Part shown: piece after piece, positions 18,721 through 27,991 of the stretch
Layout: each line of letters opens with the position of its first letter
How positions within the stretch are numbered: position 1 is the stretch's first letter
Virus record (IMG/VR): IMGVR_UViG_3300027730_000009
Span: 1-64,000 of that record
DNA length: 64,000 nucleotides
Reading direction: 5' to 3' (one strand)
Source of the DNA: a virus
The notes under the pieces: model-generated
What the model saw: the letters and a program-made list of their open reading frames with translations, nothing else
Told to the model about the DNA's origin: nothing
The model's database searches: none
Made by a program: the position numbers and the translations under genes

Positions 18721-19923
18721 CTAAACAAACACTTCAGGAATTTCTTCCCAAGAAGTTGTATAATGTTGAGTTTTAAAATCTTGTCTCATTTCCCATTTAT
18801 TTGTTAATGAAACAGGTGGTTGAACGATTTTAATATCTTCGGTAAATAAAGTTGTTTGTGTTTGAGTATCAGGAATTAGATTATGAAAAATTACCCCACA
18901 CTTTTTATACTTTTTACCACTTTCAAATAAGTTTTGAAGATGTGGGAATATTTGGCTCCAAATTTCATCAACATCTTTTGTTTGTTGTTGAAGATATAGT
19001 TGTTTACTCGAGGAATGTTTTTGACCCTTGTGTATGTTACCACTCACAAAAATGGTTACTCGATTTGTTTCCGCGCCACTTTCATCCATTTTTCTCACAC
19101 CATTTTTAATGTAAGTGTACATAGCTTGTGAGATGTCATCAAGTTGGTCAACATCTTGCCCAAATGAACGAGCTGAGGCAATATTTCTTTTGAATTTAGG
19201 TATGGGTTTCACGGGATGACAATACATCCCTAGTATTTCTACTTTTGCTCTAAGCCCATTCACATTAGTCATTTTTTTTACTATGGTATCAGACAACATC
19301 ACAAATTGACCTATCGATTCAACACCACCCTCTTTGAATTTCTTTGACCATTTTCTACCTATTCCCCAAATTTCATCAATAGGTATTTCGTACAAGTCAT
19401 TCCTAAAGTTTTTGAATTCCCAATAACTACAAATCCCTTTATAGGAAGGTTGTTTTTTGGCAATATGAGAAGTTAACTTCGCCAAAGTTTTGTTGGGACC
19501 TACGCCAATAGATACCGGTATACCTACTCGTTGTTTGACCTCATATTGAATTAGTTCCAAAGTTGGTATTAATTCTTTATCGGGGATATTTGAGAAATCA
19601 ACAAAAGCCTCATCTATGGAATAAACTTCAACCTGTTTAGAATACTCTTTAATGACCGCCATCACTCGGTCTGACATATCACCATAAAGATTGTAATTTG
19701 ATGAGTAAACACAAAAACGATGTTCTTCCATGAAGTCTCTTCTTTGGAAAAAAGGTTCCCCCATTTTAATACCCAAATCTTTAGCTTCTTGACTTCGAGC
19801 AATTACACACCCATCGTTGTTTGAAAGTACAACTGTTGGTCTCCCAATTGAAATTGGATTAAATACCCTTTCACAACTTACATAGAAATTGTTCGCATCA
19901 ATAATGCCAATCTTTCGGTCCAT
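18721..19923 (-). CDS. umuC: Y-family DNA polymerase V subunit UmuC
   Basis: [38 protein letters not shown]-terminal WEMRQ..YTTSW. Confidence 0.95.
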   Translation of the reverse strand: MDRKIGIIDANNFYVSCERVFNPISIGRPTVVLSNNDGCVIARSQEAKDLGIKMGEPFFQRRDFMEEHRFCVYSSNYNLYGDMSDRVMAVIKEYSKQVEVYSIDEAFVDFSNIPDKELIPTLELIQYEVKQRVGIPVSIGVGPNKTLAKLTSHIAKKQPSYKGICSYWEFKNFRNDLYEIPIDEIWGIGRKWSKKFKEGGVESIGQFVMLSDTIVKKMTNVNGLRAKVEILGMYCHPVKPIPKFKRNIASARSFGQDVDQLDDISQAMYTYIKNGVRKMDESGAETNRVTIFVSGNIHKGQKHSSSKQLYLQQQTKDVDEIWSQIFPHLQNLFESGKKYKKCGVIFHNLIPDTQTQTTLFTEDIKIVQPPVSLTNKWEMRQDFKTQHYTTSWEEIPEVFV

Positions 19924-20025
19924 TTATTTTATTTTGATGTAATTCAATTTTTATTGTTAGATTTTTTCACATTGTGATTAATCTCAAGTAATAAAAATAT
20001 AACAATAATTCCAATAATAATCATC

Positions 20026-20343
20026 TCATTTTTTCTTTAAGACCCACGAAACTTTACCCCATAAATTGGTTTGACCTTCGTATGGTCTGATTTTAAAACA
20101 TAGTTTATCTGTTAACACAACAAGGTCCCCGTCTTGGGGTGAAAGTGACCTATCAATAACCAATACATCGTTGGTTTCAACACCAAGAGTTTTGGGTCCT
20201 TTATACCTAAAATAAAATGTGGAATACACATCCCCAACAATTAAATCATTGAGGTCTAATCTTTTATCCACATAGCTCTCTGCGGGTGAAGCAAACCCAG
20301 TTGTCTGAGATTTTATCTTAAGTGTTGTGTCCGCAAAATTCAT
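20026..20343 (-). CDS. umuD: UmuD-like protein, shortened, catalytic dyad apparently absent
   Basis: GFASPAESYVDKRLDLNDL, DVLVIDRS, LWGKV; directly upstream of umuC. Confidence 0.85.
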   Translation of the reverse strand: MNFADTTLKIKSQTTGFASPAESYVDKRLDLNDLIVGDVYSTFYFRYKGPKTLGVETNDVLVIDRSLSPQDGDLVVLTDKLCFKIRPYEGQTNLWGKVSWVLKKK

Positions 20344-20347
20344 ACTT

Positions 20348-20379
20348 CAAAGATACAAAAAACATATTATAGAAACAAA
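20348..20379 (-). promoter_or_regulatory. Bacteroidota-type promoter giving a probably leaderless umuD mRNA
   Basis: TTTG, 20 nt, TATCTTTG ending 4 nt before the ATG. Confidence 0.7.
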
Positions 20380-20415
20380 TATAGAACTATTTATATTTGT
20401 AGAAAATTATGGATA

Positions 20416-20712
20416 GTGGCCGACAAAAACATAATTATGAAAAAATCAGTACAAAAGATTTTGTCAAATCTTTTAAAAAAAAGTCCTGCGTTTAAAGATA
20501 TCGATTCAATTTCACTAAATTTTATTTTCAGCTCACCGGTTAAAACCGCAATGTGTGATTGGGTTTACGGTGTTGACATTAAAACGAAAACACCTGAAGT
20601 CAACCAAGGTGAGATATCTTATGTTATTACACAAACCATAACTAAAACAATGTCTCTACTTAGCAAAGATACATTGTGTGCTACAGATATTAAGTTCGAA
20701 TCAGCTTATTGA
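20416..20712 (+). CDS. hypothetical protein
   Basis: 98-aa ORF; TATTTATA upstream; start uncertain. Confidence 0.55.
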   Translation: MADKNIIMKKSVQKILSNLLKKSPAFKDIDSISLNFIFSSPVKTAMCDWVYGVDIKTKTPEVNQGEISYVITQTITKTMSLLSKDTLCATDIKFESAY

Positions 20713-21802
20713 CCGTTGTTAAGGCTTGACCAATCACTTGATGCATGTCATAGTACATATAAGTCCCAAGTCTACCACCAAAGATGTATTTTAAAGAAGT
20801 TTCACCGAGTTCTTTATACTTCCTATACATTTCTGAATTAATCTCATCTCGTATGGGATAATAGGGTTCGTTATCACCCGTATAATCACATGGAAACTCC
20901 TTACTTACATAAGTTCTTTTTTGATTTTGATTGTCAAAATACTTGTGTTCGATAATCCGTGTATAAGGAGTTTCATCATCAGTGTAATTAACCACAGGAT
21001 GTCCTTGAAAACTTTCAGTATGCATGTAGGTATTTTCCCACTCAAGACTTCTATATTCCAATTTACCAAATTCATAGTCAAAGAACTCATCAATAGGTCC
21101 TGTGTAGATAATCTTATCCGATATGGATTCATAGTAATCTCTTTTTTCAAAGAAATTCGTGCCTAAGTGAACTTCAATACCACTGAGAAGTTTTTCGAAG
21201 ATTTGTGTGTAACCACCAACTGGTATACCTTGGTATTTGTCATTAAAATAATTGTTATCCCAAGTGAATCTAACGGGTAATCTTTTGATAATTGATGCTG
21301 GTAGTTCTGTGCACTTTTTACCCCATTGTTTTTCAGTATACCCTTTGATAAGTTTAAAATAGATGTCATCACCAACCATTGAACGAGCTTGTTCTTCCAA
21401 GTTAGTGATGGCACCTTTATATTTTTGACTCTCAATTTTTGCTTTAGCTTCCTCAGGAGTTTTTACTCCCCACAATTGATGGAATGTCCACATATTGAAT
21501 GGGAGAGAATATAACTCATCGTTATAATTTGCTATAGGTGAATTGACAAATTGTCGGAATTCCGCAAATTGATTCACCCATTCCCATATGTCTTTATCCG
21601 AGGTATGAAAAATGTGAGCTCCATATCTGTGAATATGAATTCCATCCAAGTTTTCGGTGTAGCAGTTTCCTCCAATGGTTAAACGCTTGTCTATTACCAA
21701 ACACTTGAACTTTTTTGATAGTTCATATGCACAAGTGGCCCCGAATAAACCGGAGCCCACAATTATGTAATCGTATTTTTTATGTAAAGGAGAAAGTAAC
21801 AC
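20690..21802 (-). CDS. glf: UDP-galactopyranose mutase
   Basis: IVGSGLFG, IGGNCY, HRYGAHIFHT, YTEKQWG, LEYRSL, EPYYP, GRLGTYMYYDMH. Confidence 0.95.
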   Translation of the reverse strand: MLLSPLHKKYDYIIVGSGLFGATCAYELSKKFKCLVIDKRLTIGGNCYTENLDGIHIHRYGAHIFHTSDKDIWEWVNQFAEFRQFVNSPIANYNDELYSLPFNMWTFHQLWGVKTPEEAKAKIESQKYKGAITNLEEQARSMVGDDIYFKLIKGYTEKQWGKKCTELPASIIKRLPVRFTWDNNYFNDKYQGIPVGGYTQIFEKLLSGIEVHLGTNFFEKRDYYESISDKIIYTGPIDEFFDYEFGKLEYRSLEWENTYMHTESFQGHPVVNYTDDETPYTRIIEHKYFDNQNQKRTYVSKEFPCDYTGDNEPYYPIRDEINSEMYRKYKELGETSLKYIFGGRLGTYMYYDMHQVIGQALTTVNKLIRT

Positions 21803-22940
21803 CTTCGTTTTTGATTATAGGTTCAGTCAACTTACGAGTTAGTCTATCTTTCCATTCATTTAACTCTTTTTTACCTGTGTCTAAGTAACATCGGTCTTCA
21901 ATCAAAAAACAATATGTTGGAAAAGGATTTTTTCTTTCAGGATTCATCATTTGATTTACCAAATCAAGAGCCTCTTGAGTTCGATTATTATCCTCTAAGA
22001 AGAAAGCGTGGTACATAAGGTGTTCATTTCTACCAGGTGCGAATTGTTCCGCTTGATTCCATGATTTTTCGGCTTCTTCATGTTCACCTCGGAATGAGTA
22101 TGCCGAACCCATCAACAAAAATGTTGTATATGACATCTCATCGATTCGTGCAGGTTTTCCTGTTTCCCAATAGTTGTGTGATACTCTTAGAAAATGATTA
22201 AAATAAAAAATTGCCCTTCGCGCATATTCATCAGAGTGGTCTTTACCGAACGGTAACTCGTTAGGATTACCATAACAATCTGAATAACTTTTACCCACAT
22301 ACCACAAATGGTAATGGTCTTCTAATACGGTGTTACCAACGACTTTATCGATTTCTAATTCGAGAGCATCTCGTAGAAATTTACGAGGAGCCGCCCATGT
22401 TTGTCCATCGTTGGTCACAATGTGACGGAAACTTTCAGGTAGAACTCTTCTTTCGAAATCTTCACCAACTTCGGGTAAGTGAATTGTTTCGTGTCGTTTA
22501 TCATGTTGAAAGAACCAAGGACGATTGGCATTCCACAACCATGTGCGGTAGTATCTTGTATTAAAACTTCTAACAATAATATTCCAAGAGTCCACTTCCA
22601 TATTTTCTAATAAAGTCCAATCGAAATCTTCATCGATTTCAAGTCTTTCATCAGCATCCATTCGAATAATCCAATCACAACCATGGTCAGTCTTTAAACA
22701 AGTTTGAAGTGCATGGTCTCTGTTCCAACCAGGAAATTGCCATTCGATTTCATAAAGAAATCCTGGTATATTTTTTTCTTTAAAGAAATTTCTGATAATT
22801 TCTTGTGTTCCATCAGTTGAACCATTATCCTGTATTACCCAATAATCAACATGTTGATATACTGAGTCTAACATTCGAGTGATGGTACGCGCCTCATTGG
22901 CGACCATAGCATTTAATACAATTTTAGTTTTTTTATTCAT
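21780..22940 (-). CDS. GT2 glycosyltransferase with TPR-like C-terminus
   Basis: MVANEARTI..ML, DNGSTDGT, DADE; helical C-terminal region. Confidence 0.8.
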   Translation of the reverse strand: MNKKTKIVLNAMVANEARTITRMLDSVYQHVDYWVIQDNGSTDGTQEIIRNFFKEKNIPGFLYEIEWQFPGWNRDHALQTCLKTDHGCDWIIRMDADERLEIDEDFDWTLLENMEVDSWNIIVRSFNTRYYRTWLWNANRPWFFQHDKRHETIHLPEVGEDFERRVLPESFRHIVTNDGQTWAAPRKFLRDALELEIDKVVGNTVLEDHYHLWYVGKSYSDCYGNPNELPFGKDHSDEYARRAIFYFNHFLRVSHNYWETGKPARIDEMSYTTFLLMGSAYSFRGEHEEAEKSWNQAEQFAPGRNEHLMYHAFFLEDNNRTQEALDLVNQMMNPERKNPFPTYCFLIEDRCYLDTGKKELNEWKDRLTRKLTEPIIKNEGVTFSFT

Positions 22941-24180
22941 AGATATAATTCATTATTTGTTCTTCTTCGAAGTATTTTCTTATGGGCACACTATTTTGGA
23001 ATTTCTGAGAGTGCCCAGCCTCTTCATCCCAATTCCAATCATGAAATCCTAATTCCTTAATTCTTTCATGAATCCTTTTATCGTAATGGTCTCGAATTAG
23101 TCGGGCTCTACGATTAATGTCTTGAGAGTTGTTATCTACAGTACTGTTTCTATTGTTTTTCTGTAGGTAAAGAACTTTCTTGACATGAATCATTCGGGTA
23201 TAAAGGAATGTTTTAATAGAAATTTCTAAGTCATCGGCAACAGGTATCGCCTTATTATGACCACCAATTTGGTGGTAAACTTCCCTTTTCCACATTTTCA
23301 CATGGTTTGGCATTGATATATTAAAACGAATACTCAATGGGTTAACATCAGGGTAGTGGTGTGCCAGTATTTTTTCACCGTCAACTTCAACCCATGTGTG
23401 TCCCGCATAACCAAAATCAAAATAATTGTCCTCTCTTGCGTACCAATTACCTGACCAATCATGGTCATAATACTTCATTTCACCGTCTTCGTAAGACTCA
23501 GAACAATCACTATACAAGAACCCTGCATCTGAAAATTTATTTATTGCCTCATTTGAAATCTCCAACGCATTGGAAACCAAATGGTCGTCGTGGTCAAGTT
23601 CAACTAACCAATCACCATCACACATCATAGCCGCTCGGTGTTTTGCCAATCCAACATTTCCACCAGTCAATGGGTATAATCTGAAAGGTTTGACTCGGTA
23701 ATCTTTTGCCGCAATATCTTGTATTAATCTCCATGTCACATCATCGGGTGAATCATCTAAAACAATCCACTCCCAATTAGTATTTGTCTGATTCTTCAAG
23801 GATTCGTAAGCCCTGACGATTCTTTCATTGGTTTTGTAAGTTGGAGTGAAAATAGAAAATCTTGGTCTCGGAAACTCGCAATGTCTAAAAACACTTTGAC
23901 AAACGATGATATTTGCAATGACCAAGTCAGGTAACATTTCATCCGCATGAACATGAATTTTTTTCAAATGAAAATGAGGAATTTCAATTTCTTCGCCAAT
24001 TGATAATATTATATCAGGTCTATATCGCGTATAATCTTCCACCACTTTTCCTGTGTATGGTAATGAATATAAGTTTACTTCATCGTGGAGATATTCTTCC
24101 CAATAGATATCAGAAAAAAGAATTGTGTCCCCCAATTTATGCCAACCATAAACTATAGCAGATGGTTTTTTTGTGTTCAT
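22933..24180 (-). CDS. GT2 glycosyltransferase
   Basis: FSIFTPTY, SLKNQT..WEWIVLDD, ELDHDD, ADDLE. Confidence 0.85.
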   Translation of the reverse strand: MNTKKPSAIVYGWHKLGDTILFSDIYWEEYLHDEVNLYSLPYTGKVVEDYTRYRPDIILSIGEEIEIPHFHLKKIHVHADEMLPDLVIANIIVCQSVFRHCEFPRPRFSIFTPTYKTNERIVRAYESLKNQTNTNWEWIVLDDSPDDVTWRLIQDIAAKDYRVKPFRLYPLTGGNVGLAKHRAAMMCDGDWLVELDHDDHLVSNALEISNEAINKFSDAGFLYSDCSESYEDGEMKYYDHDWSGNWYAREDNYFDFGYAGHTWVEVDGEKILAHHYPDVNPLSIRFNISMPNHVKMWKREVYHQIGGHNKAIPVADDLEISIKTFLYTRMIHVKKVLYLQKNNRNSTVDNNSQDINRRARLIRDHYDKRIHERIKELGFHDWNWDEEAGHSQKFQNSVPIRKYFEEEQIMNYIYE

Positions 24181-24215
24181 AGTAAAAATATAGTTATTTA
24201 AACTTTTTTGTCAAT

Positions 24216-24626
24216 TTATACTCTTCGACATGCCCCGTCACATGTTTGTCCTGCCCCTTCGACATAACCAATTCTCATATCAATTGGAGTACTTCTTTTA
24301 TATGAGGTTTCTCTACCACAAATAACACAAACATCAAATTCGTTTTGTTGGTTTAACACACATTGCATGTGTTCTGTACCCACTAAATGTTCCGAAGACA
24401 ATCTGTATGTATTTTCACCACAAATTGAACAAGTTTGCATCATTGATTCCGCGTTGATAATAGATTTTACTAATCCGTCTTCACCGATTACCAAACCCAC
24501 ATGTTCATCAAAGTTTTGATTAATGTCTTTTTCATAAAGTTCCCAATATCTTTGTCTAACCAACTTACCCAATTCGTAATCATTAGGGTTGGATAGAATT
24601 TCTTGTTTTGTAACTCTTACATCCAT
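24216..24626 (-). CDS. hypothetical zinc-ribbon protein
   Basis: CSIC, CVICG...YVEGAGQTC. Confidence 0.65.
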   Translation of the reverse strand: MDVRVTKQEILSNPNDYELGKLVRQRYWELYEKDINQNFDEHVGLVIGEDGLVKSIINAESMMQTCSICGENTYRLSSEHLVGTEHMQCVLNQQNEFDVCVICGRETSYKRSTPIDMRIGYVEGAGQTCDGACRRV

Positions 24627-24709
24627 TTTTTTATTTAAATGTAAAAATCAAGCTACAAAAGTGAAACATTACATGAATTTATTTTACTTATATTTATAGA
24701 TTATTCATT

Positions 24710-25495
24710 ATGACTAACGAAAAACTTTATATCATAGCCAAAAAATTAGTTTCTTTTTTTCCCTCAGGGGAAAATATGGAAACTTTTTTAGAACGATTCA
24801 AGTATTTGTATACTAAACAAAATGAGTTTTTCTCTCTTTTTGATGAAGAAAGTATTTTCAAATTATTTGTTTTCATTTATCAGTTGACTCAAGTAGATTC
24901 AAATTTGGATTTAAACTATCTTATTTTAAAAACCGAAGAAACTAAAATAGTTTTAACCTTTTACACCTCTTACACCGATGTTTTTGATACTTGCTCTGCA
25001 TGTGGTGGTGACGGCGAAGTAAACTGTGATTATTGTGATGGTATTGGTGAATATGAATGTTCTGAATGTGATGGTACTGGAGAAATCGATGGTGAACCGT
25101 GTTCAACTTGTCAAGGGGGTGGAGAAGTTGGATGTGATTATTGTGGTGGGGATGGTTCTATTAGTTGTGATACTTGTGATGAAAATGGTGAAGAAGAAGA
25201 TTGGCAAGAAAAAAGTATTGAAGTATATTTCGAAATATCAGATGATGCTCAAGTTAATTCAGAATTGAACGATTATGAAGGTACTACAACTCCACTTTCT
25301 AACGTATTTGAAAACCGATTGAAAGTGTTGAAGGAGTATGATGTAACAGTAAGGACTGAAACTTTTCTTCAGTTTGAAAGTGATGAAAAGTTTGTTAAGC
25401 AAATTTTTAACCGACCAAAAAATAAAGGGATGATTTTACAAGGGATAATTTCATATTCGGAGTTTCCCACCCCTCTTTATTTTTCAAATATGTAA
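24710..25495 (+). CDS. protein with DnaJ-type CxxCxGxG zinc-finger repeats, no J domain
   Basis: Six CxxC repeats, five with GxG; TATTTATA at 24691-24698. Confidence 0.75.
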   Translation: MTNEKLYIIAKKLVSFFPSGENMETFLERFKYLYTKQNEFFSLFDEESIFKLFVFIYQLTQVDSNLDLNYLILKTEETKIVLTFYTSYTDVFDTCSACGGDGEVNCDYCDGIGEYECSECDGTGEIDGEPCSTCQGGGEVGCDYCGGDGSISCDTCDENGEEEDWQEKSIEVYFEISDDAQVNSELNDYEGTTTPLSNVFENRLKVLKEYDVTVRTETFLQFESDEKFVKQIFNRPKNKGMILQGIISYSEFPTPLYFSNM

Positions 25496-25569
25496 TAAAA
25501 AAGGTCAGAGTTAACTGACCTTTCTTGGGTCCAACAGGTTGTTGGACGCTCCACCACCTAACAGAGAGG

Positions 25570-25857
25570 TTAGGACTCTTTGATTACCTCGGCTTCCATT
25601 CGAGATTTGAAATGTTCAGACAAAGAATTTCCTTTCTTTTCTCCAACATGTTTAGTTATAATAATACATTCACAGAGAATTTTGTGAGGTATATTGAGAA
25701 GAAAATCGTCACCATTGAAAAAATTCAGGTCGGTTTTCAATTCAAGTGGTCCATGAATACCCATAAGAAACAATTTAAACTGACCAGACTTATCGAAAGT
25801 CTGATGAACTAATTTACCCAACTTCGGGTGTTTGATGATAATGGTGTTGTGTTTCAT
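25570..25857 (-). CDS. hypothetical protein (start revised)
   Basis: Promoter TTTG-N20-TATATTTG at 25907-25876 precedes ATG 25857. Confidence 0.6.
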   Translation of the reverse strand: MKHNTIIIKHPKLGKLVHQTFDKSGQFKLFLMGIHGPLELKTDLNFFNGDDFLLNIPHKILCECIIITKHVGEKKGNSLSEHFKSRMEAEVIKES

Positions 25858-25909
25858 GTTTATCGAATTACAACACAAATATAAAAAATAAATTTTAAAC
25901 TACCAAATT

Positions 25910-26371
25910 TTATTCTTCTAAGTCCATAATAAATCGTAAGGTTTTCTCCCCTCTATCAAGGAAATAAAAATCACGACCCTCCACATCTAAAAAAGAAACT
26001 ATTTGCAGGACGATTTTTTTCTTTTCAGAGTTTAGTTCTTCAATTTGCACCACCATTTGAGGTCTTGAATTACCCTTTATCTTTCTGATTATAAATCTCG
26101 GATGAAAACCATCTTCAGGTTTTATCTCCTTGAATTTTGTCCCTTGAAAAAAATACTTAGTTAGTATCAGGGGACTTGATAAATCGATAAGTTTATCGAA
26201 TATCCTTATATCAGGTATTCGAGGTTTACCATCTCGTTGTTCATATACATGTGGGGCTGTCCACCACTCAACTAAGTATTCACCCTCTCTGTAATAATCA
26301 TAAGGTTCTGAGCCAGGTCCCATTTCTTCGACAAGAAAAATTGTTTCTTTAAGAACACTTAAAAGTTTCAT
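25910..26371 (-). CDS. hypothetical protein with MKLLSVLKE leader
   Basis: Leader motif; TATTTATA at 26384-26377. Confidence 0.65.
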   Translation of the reverse strand: MKLLSVLKETIFLVEEMGPGSEPYDYYREGEYLVEWWTAPHVYEQRDGKPRIPDIRIFDKLIDLSSPLILTKYFFQGTKFKEIKPEDGFHPRFIIRKIKGNSRPQMVVQIEELNSEKKKIVLQIVSFLDVEGRDFYFLDRGEKTLRFIMDLEE

Positions 26372-26394
26372 ATTTTTATAAATACCCCTTTAAA

Positions 26395-26424
26395 TAAAAA
26401 ACCCCCAACCTTTCGGAAGGGGGT
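26395..26424 (-). terminator. Terminator of the large ncRNA
   Basis: Minus strand ACCCCC-TT-CC-GAAA-GG-TT-GGGGGT plus TTTTT. Confidence 0.75.
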
Positions 26425-27170
26425 TTGGCTAATGCTCTGAGACTACGAGCTTAGGTGGTCAGTCTTTGGTGGGATTATGGTTTCCCCACTCGGTCCACAA
26501 CAGTTGCCTGTCGTAACCAACCAATGTCGGTAATTTGAGTCTACCACTCTTTTCGTTGACACCAACTCAACTGATACTCCTATCTCTTCAACCTTGCGAG
26601 CTGACTGAGGGATGGCCGTCCCACGAGTAGTTTCTCAATCAACACCGATGGACTTGCGGTCCTATCCGTGCCTTCATTGGTCCGATGACCTGAAGGATTA
26701 GACACCTTTCAGTACCAACGCCCGAAGACTTTTGCTTGTATCATTGAATATCATTCACATTGATATGTAGCTTTGTAGAAGAATGAAAGATGTGCTTCGG
26801 GAGAAGGTCCATTCCTTTTGAGAACGAAATGCTTCACACCTCTCTGTCAACCCGCCAGTTGACGGTCAATCAGGACTACGGTGGGTTTAAACCCGTGGTA
26901 ACCCCTCAGACTGGTACTCAGCTTTACAACACCCAGCGGGATGTCTCAAACCGTCACCTGTACCTTTTCCTGTTGATGTCTCCATCGCAACCCCGATTCT
27001 CTACAAAATCGGGATGATGTCTCCCCCTCAGCACTTGCCGTCAGGGTTTTCACCGTAGGTACTTTGTTTAGTTGTCAGGTCATCGACCTGCGAGACTACT
27101 AAGGTCGCTAAACCTTCTCATCCCTTTTAGTCCCATCGCTGGGGTTATCTAAAGACGCTAAACCGCCTAT
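26425..27170 (-). ncRNA. large structured ncRNA, GOLLD-like
   Basis: ~750 nt, much more GC-rich than flanks, no credible ORF; GNRA-type loops on the minus strand; long-range helices 27058-27051/26883-26876, 26730-26722/26469-26461, 26637-26627/26446-26438; next to a tRNA. Confidence 0.7.
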
Positions 27171-27215
27171 TTTGTAATTCAAAGAACTCGTCAGATTTAC
27201 CTGACTTGTTGTTAA

Positions 27216-27244
27216 AGTATAATAAGATTTTTTAATCTTGTCAA
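27216..27244 (-). promoter_or_regulatory. sigma70-consensus promoter for the ncRNA
   Basis: TTGACA (27244-27239), 17 nt, TATACT (27221-27216). Confidence 0.65.
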
Positions 27245-27267
27245 GTACCTTATGAAACTTTTTTTAG

Positions 27268-27341
27268 TGGCGGGAGAAGGATTTGAACCTTCGACCTTAA
27301 GGTTATGAGCCTTGCAAGCTAACCAACTGCTCTATCCCGCA
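27268..27341 (-). tRNA. tRNA-Met(CAT), initiator type; CCA not encoded
   Basis: TGCGGGATAGAGCAGTTGGTTAGCTTGCAAGGCTCATAACCTTAAGGTCGAAGGTTCAAATCCTTCTCCCGCCA; 1:72 mismatch; TTCAAAT T-loop. Confidence 0.92.
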
Positions 27342-27447
27342 ATATTTTAAAGACCGACACCCGAAAAAAATCCCACAACTACTATGTTCTCTCGAACACT
27401 CATTGTGGGATGTGAAAGGGACCGAAGTCCTTCTTCCGAGTGTTCTA

Positions 27448-27478
27448 CAAAGATAAAACAAATTTAGGATTTGTCAAA
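27448..27478 (-). promoter_or_regulatory. Bacteroidota-type promoter for the tRNA
   Basis: TTTG, 19 nt, TATCTTTG. Confidence 0.75.
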
Positions 27479-27552
27479 TGACCTGTAGAACTTTTTGTGG
27501 GGTGTGTCAACCTCTCGGTTGAGATAATAAATATATCTTTTGTTTTGAAAAG

Positions 27553-27978
27553 TTAAACTTTATTTAAAATTGCCATTAATAATTTTTTGAAAAAATCACC
27601 AGTGTTCATTTCCATAATGTCTTCATAAGTAAAATACCCACAGTCACTGTGTTCTTCACCATCTTTAGCATTTTCTAAATCGGGATACAAATACGGATTA
27701 GATTGTAAAAGATAAACATACATCCACCCTTTTACAAACCTACCATCTCTTGAAGTACGAGGAACCAAACCAACAAAGGTTAAGTCATCTGAGGAAATAA
27801 TGATATCAGTTTCCTCATGGAATTCTCTAACAGCAGCTTCTTTTGTGGTTTCACCTTTCTCAACACTACCCGCAGGGACGGACCATACACCCGGCAAAGT
27901 TGCTTTGGTAGACCTTTTACAAAGTAAAACTTCGTCATTAACTTTTACAACAACACCAACATAAATCTTCTCTTTCAT
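27553..27978 (-). CDS. Nudix hydrolase (start revised)
   Basis: PAGSVEKGETTKEAAVREFHEET Nudix box. Confidence 0.9.
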   Translation of the reverse strand: MKEKIYVGVVVKVNDEVLLCKRSTKATLPGVWSVPAGSVEKGETTKEAAVREFHEETDIIISSDDLTFVGLVPRTSRDGRFVKGWMYVYLLQSNPYLYPDLENAKDGEEHSDCGYFTYEDIMEMNTGDFFKKLLMAILNKV

Positions 27979-27991
27979 ATTTATAATTACT

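Noticed and set aside
26790-27017. 75-aa plus-strand ORF
   Set aside because: Antisense to the structured RNA, no recognisable motif; the promoter and terminator point the other way.
26425-27170. Group I/II intron, RNase P, tmRNA or rRNA fragment
   Set aside because: No interrupted gene, and no recognisable catalytic-core, tRNA-like-end or rRNA signature by eye; bounded by its own promoter and terminator. Needs cmscan to exclude formally.
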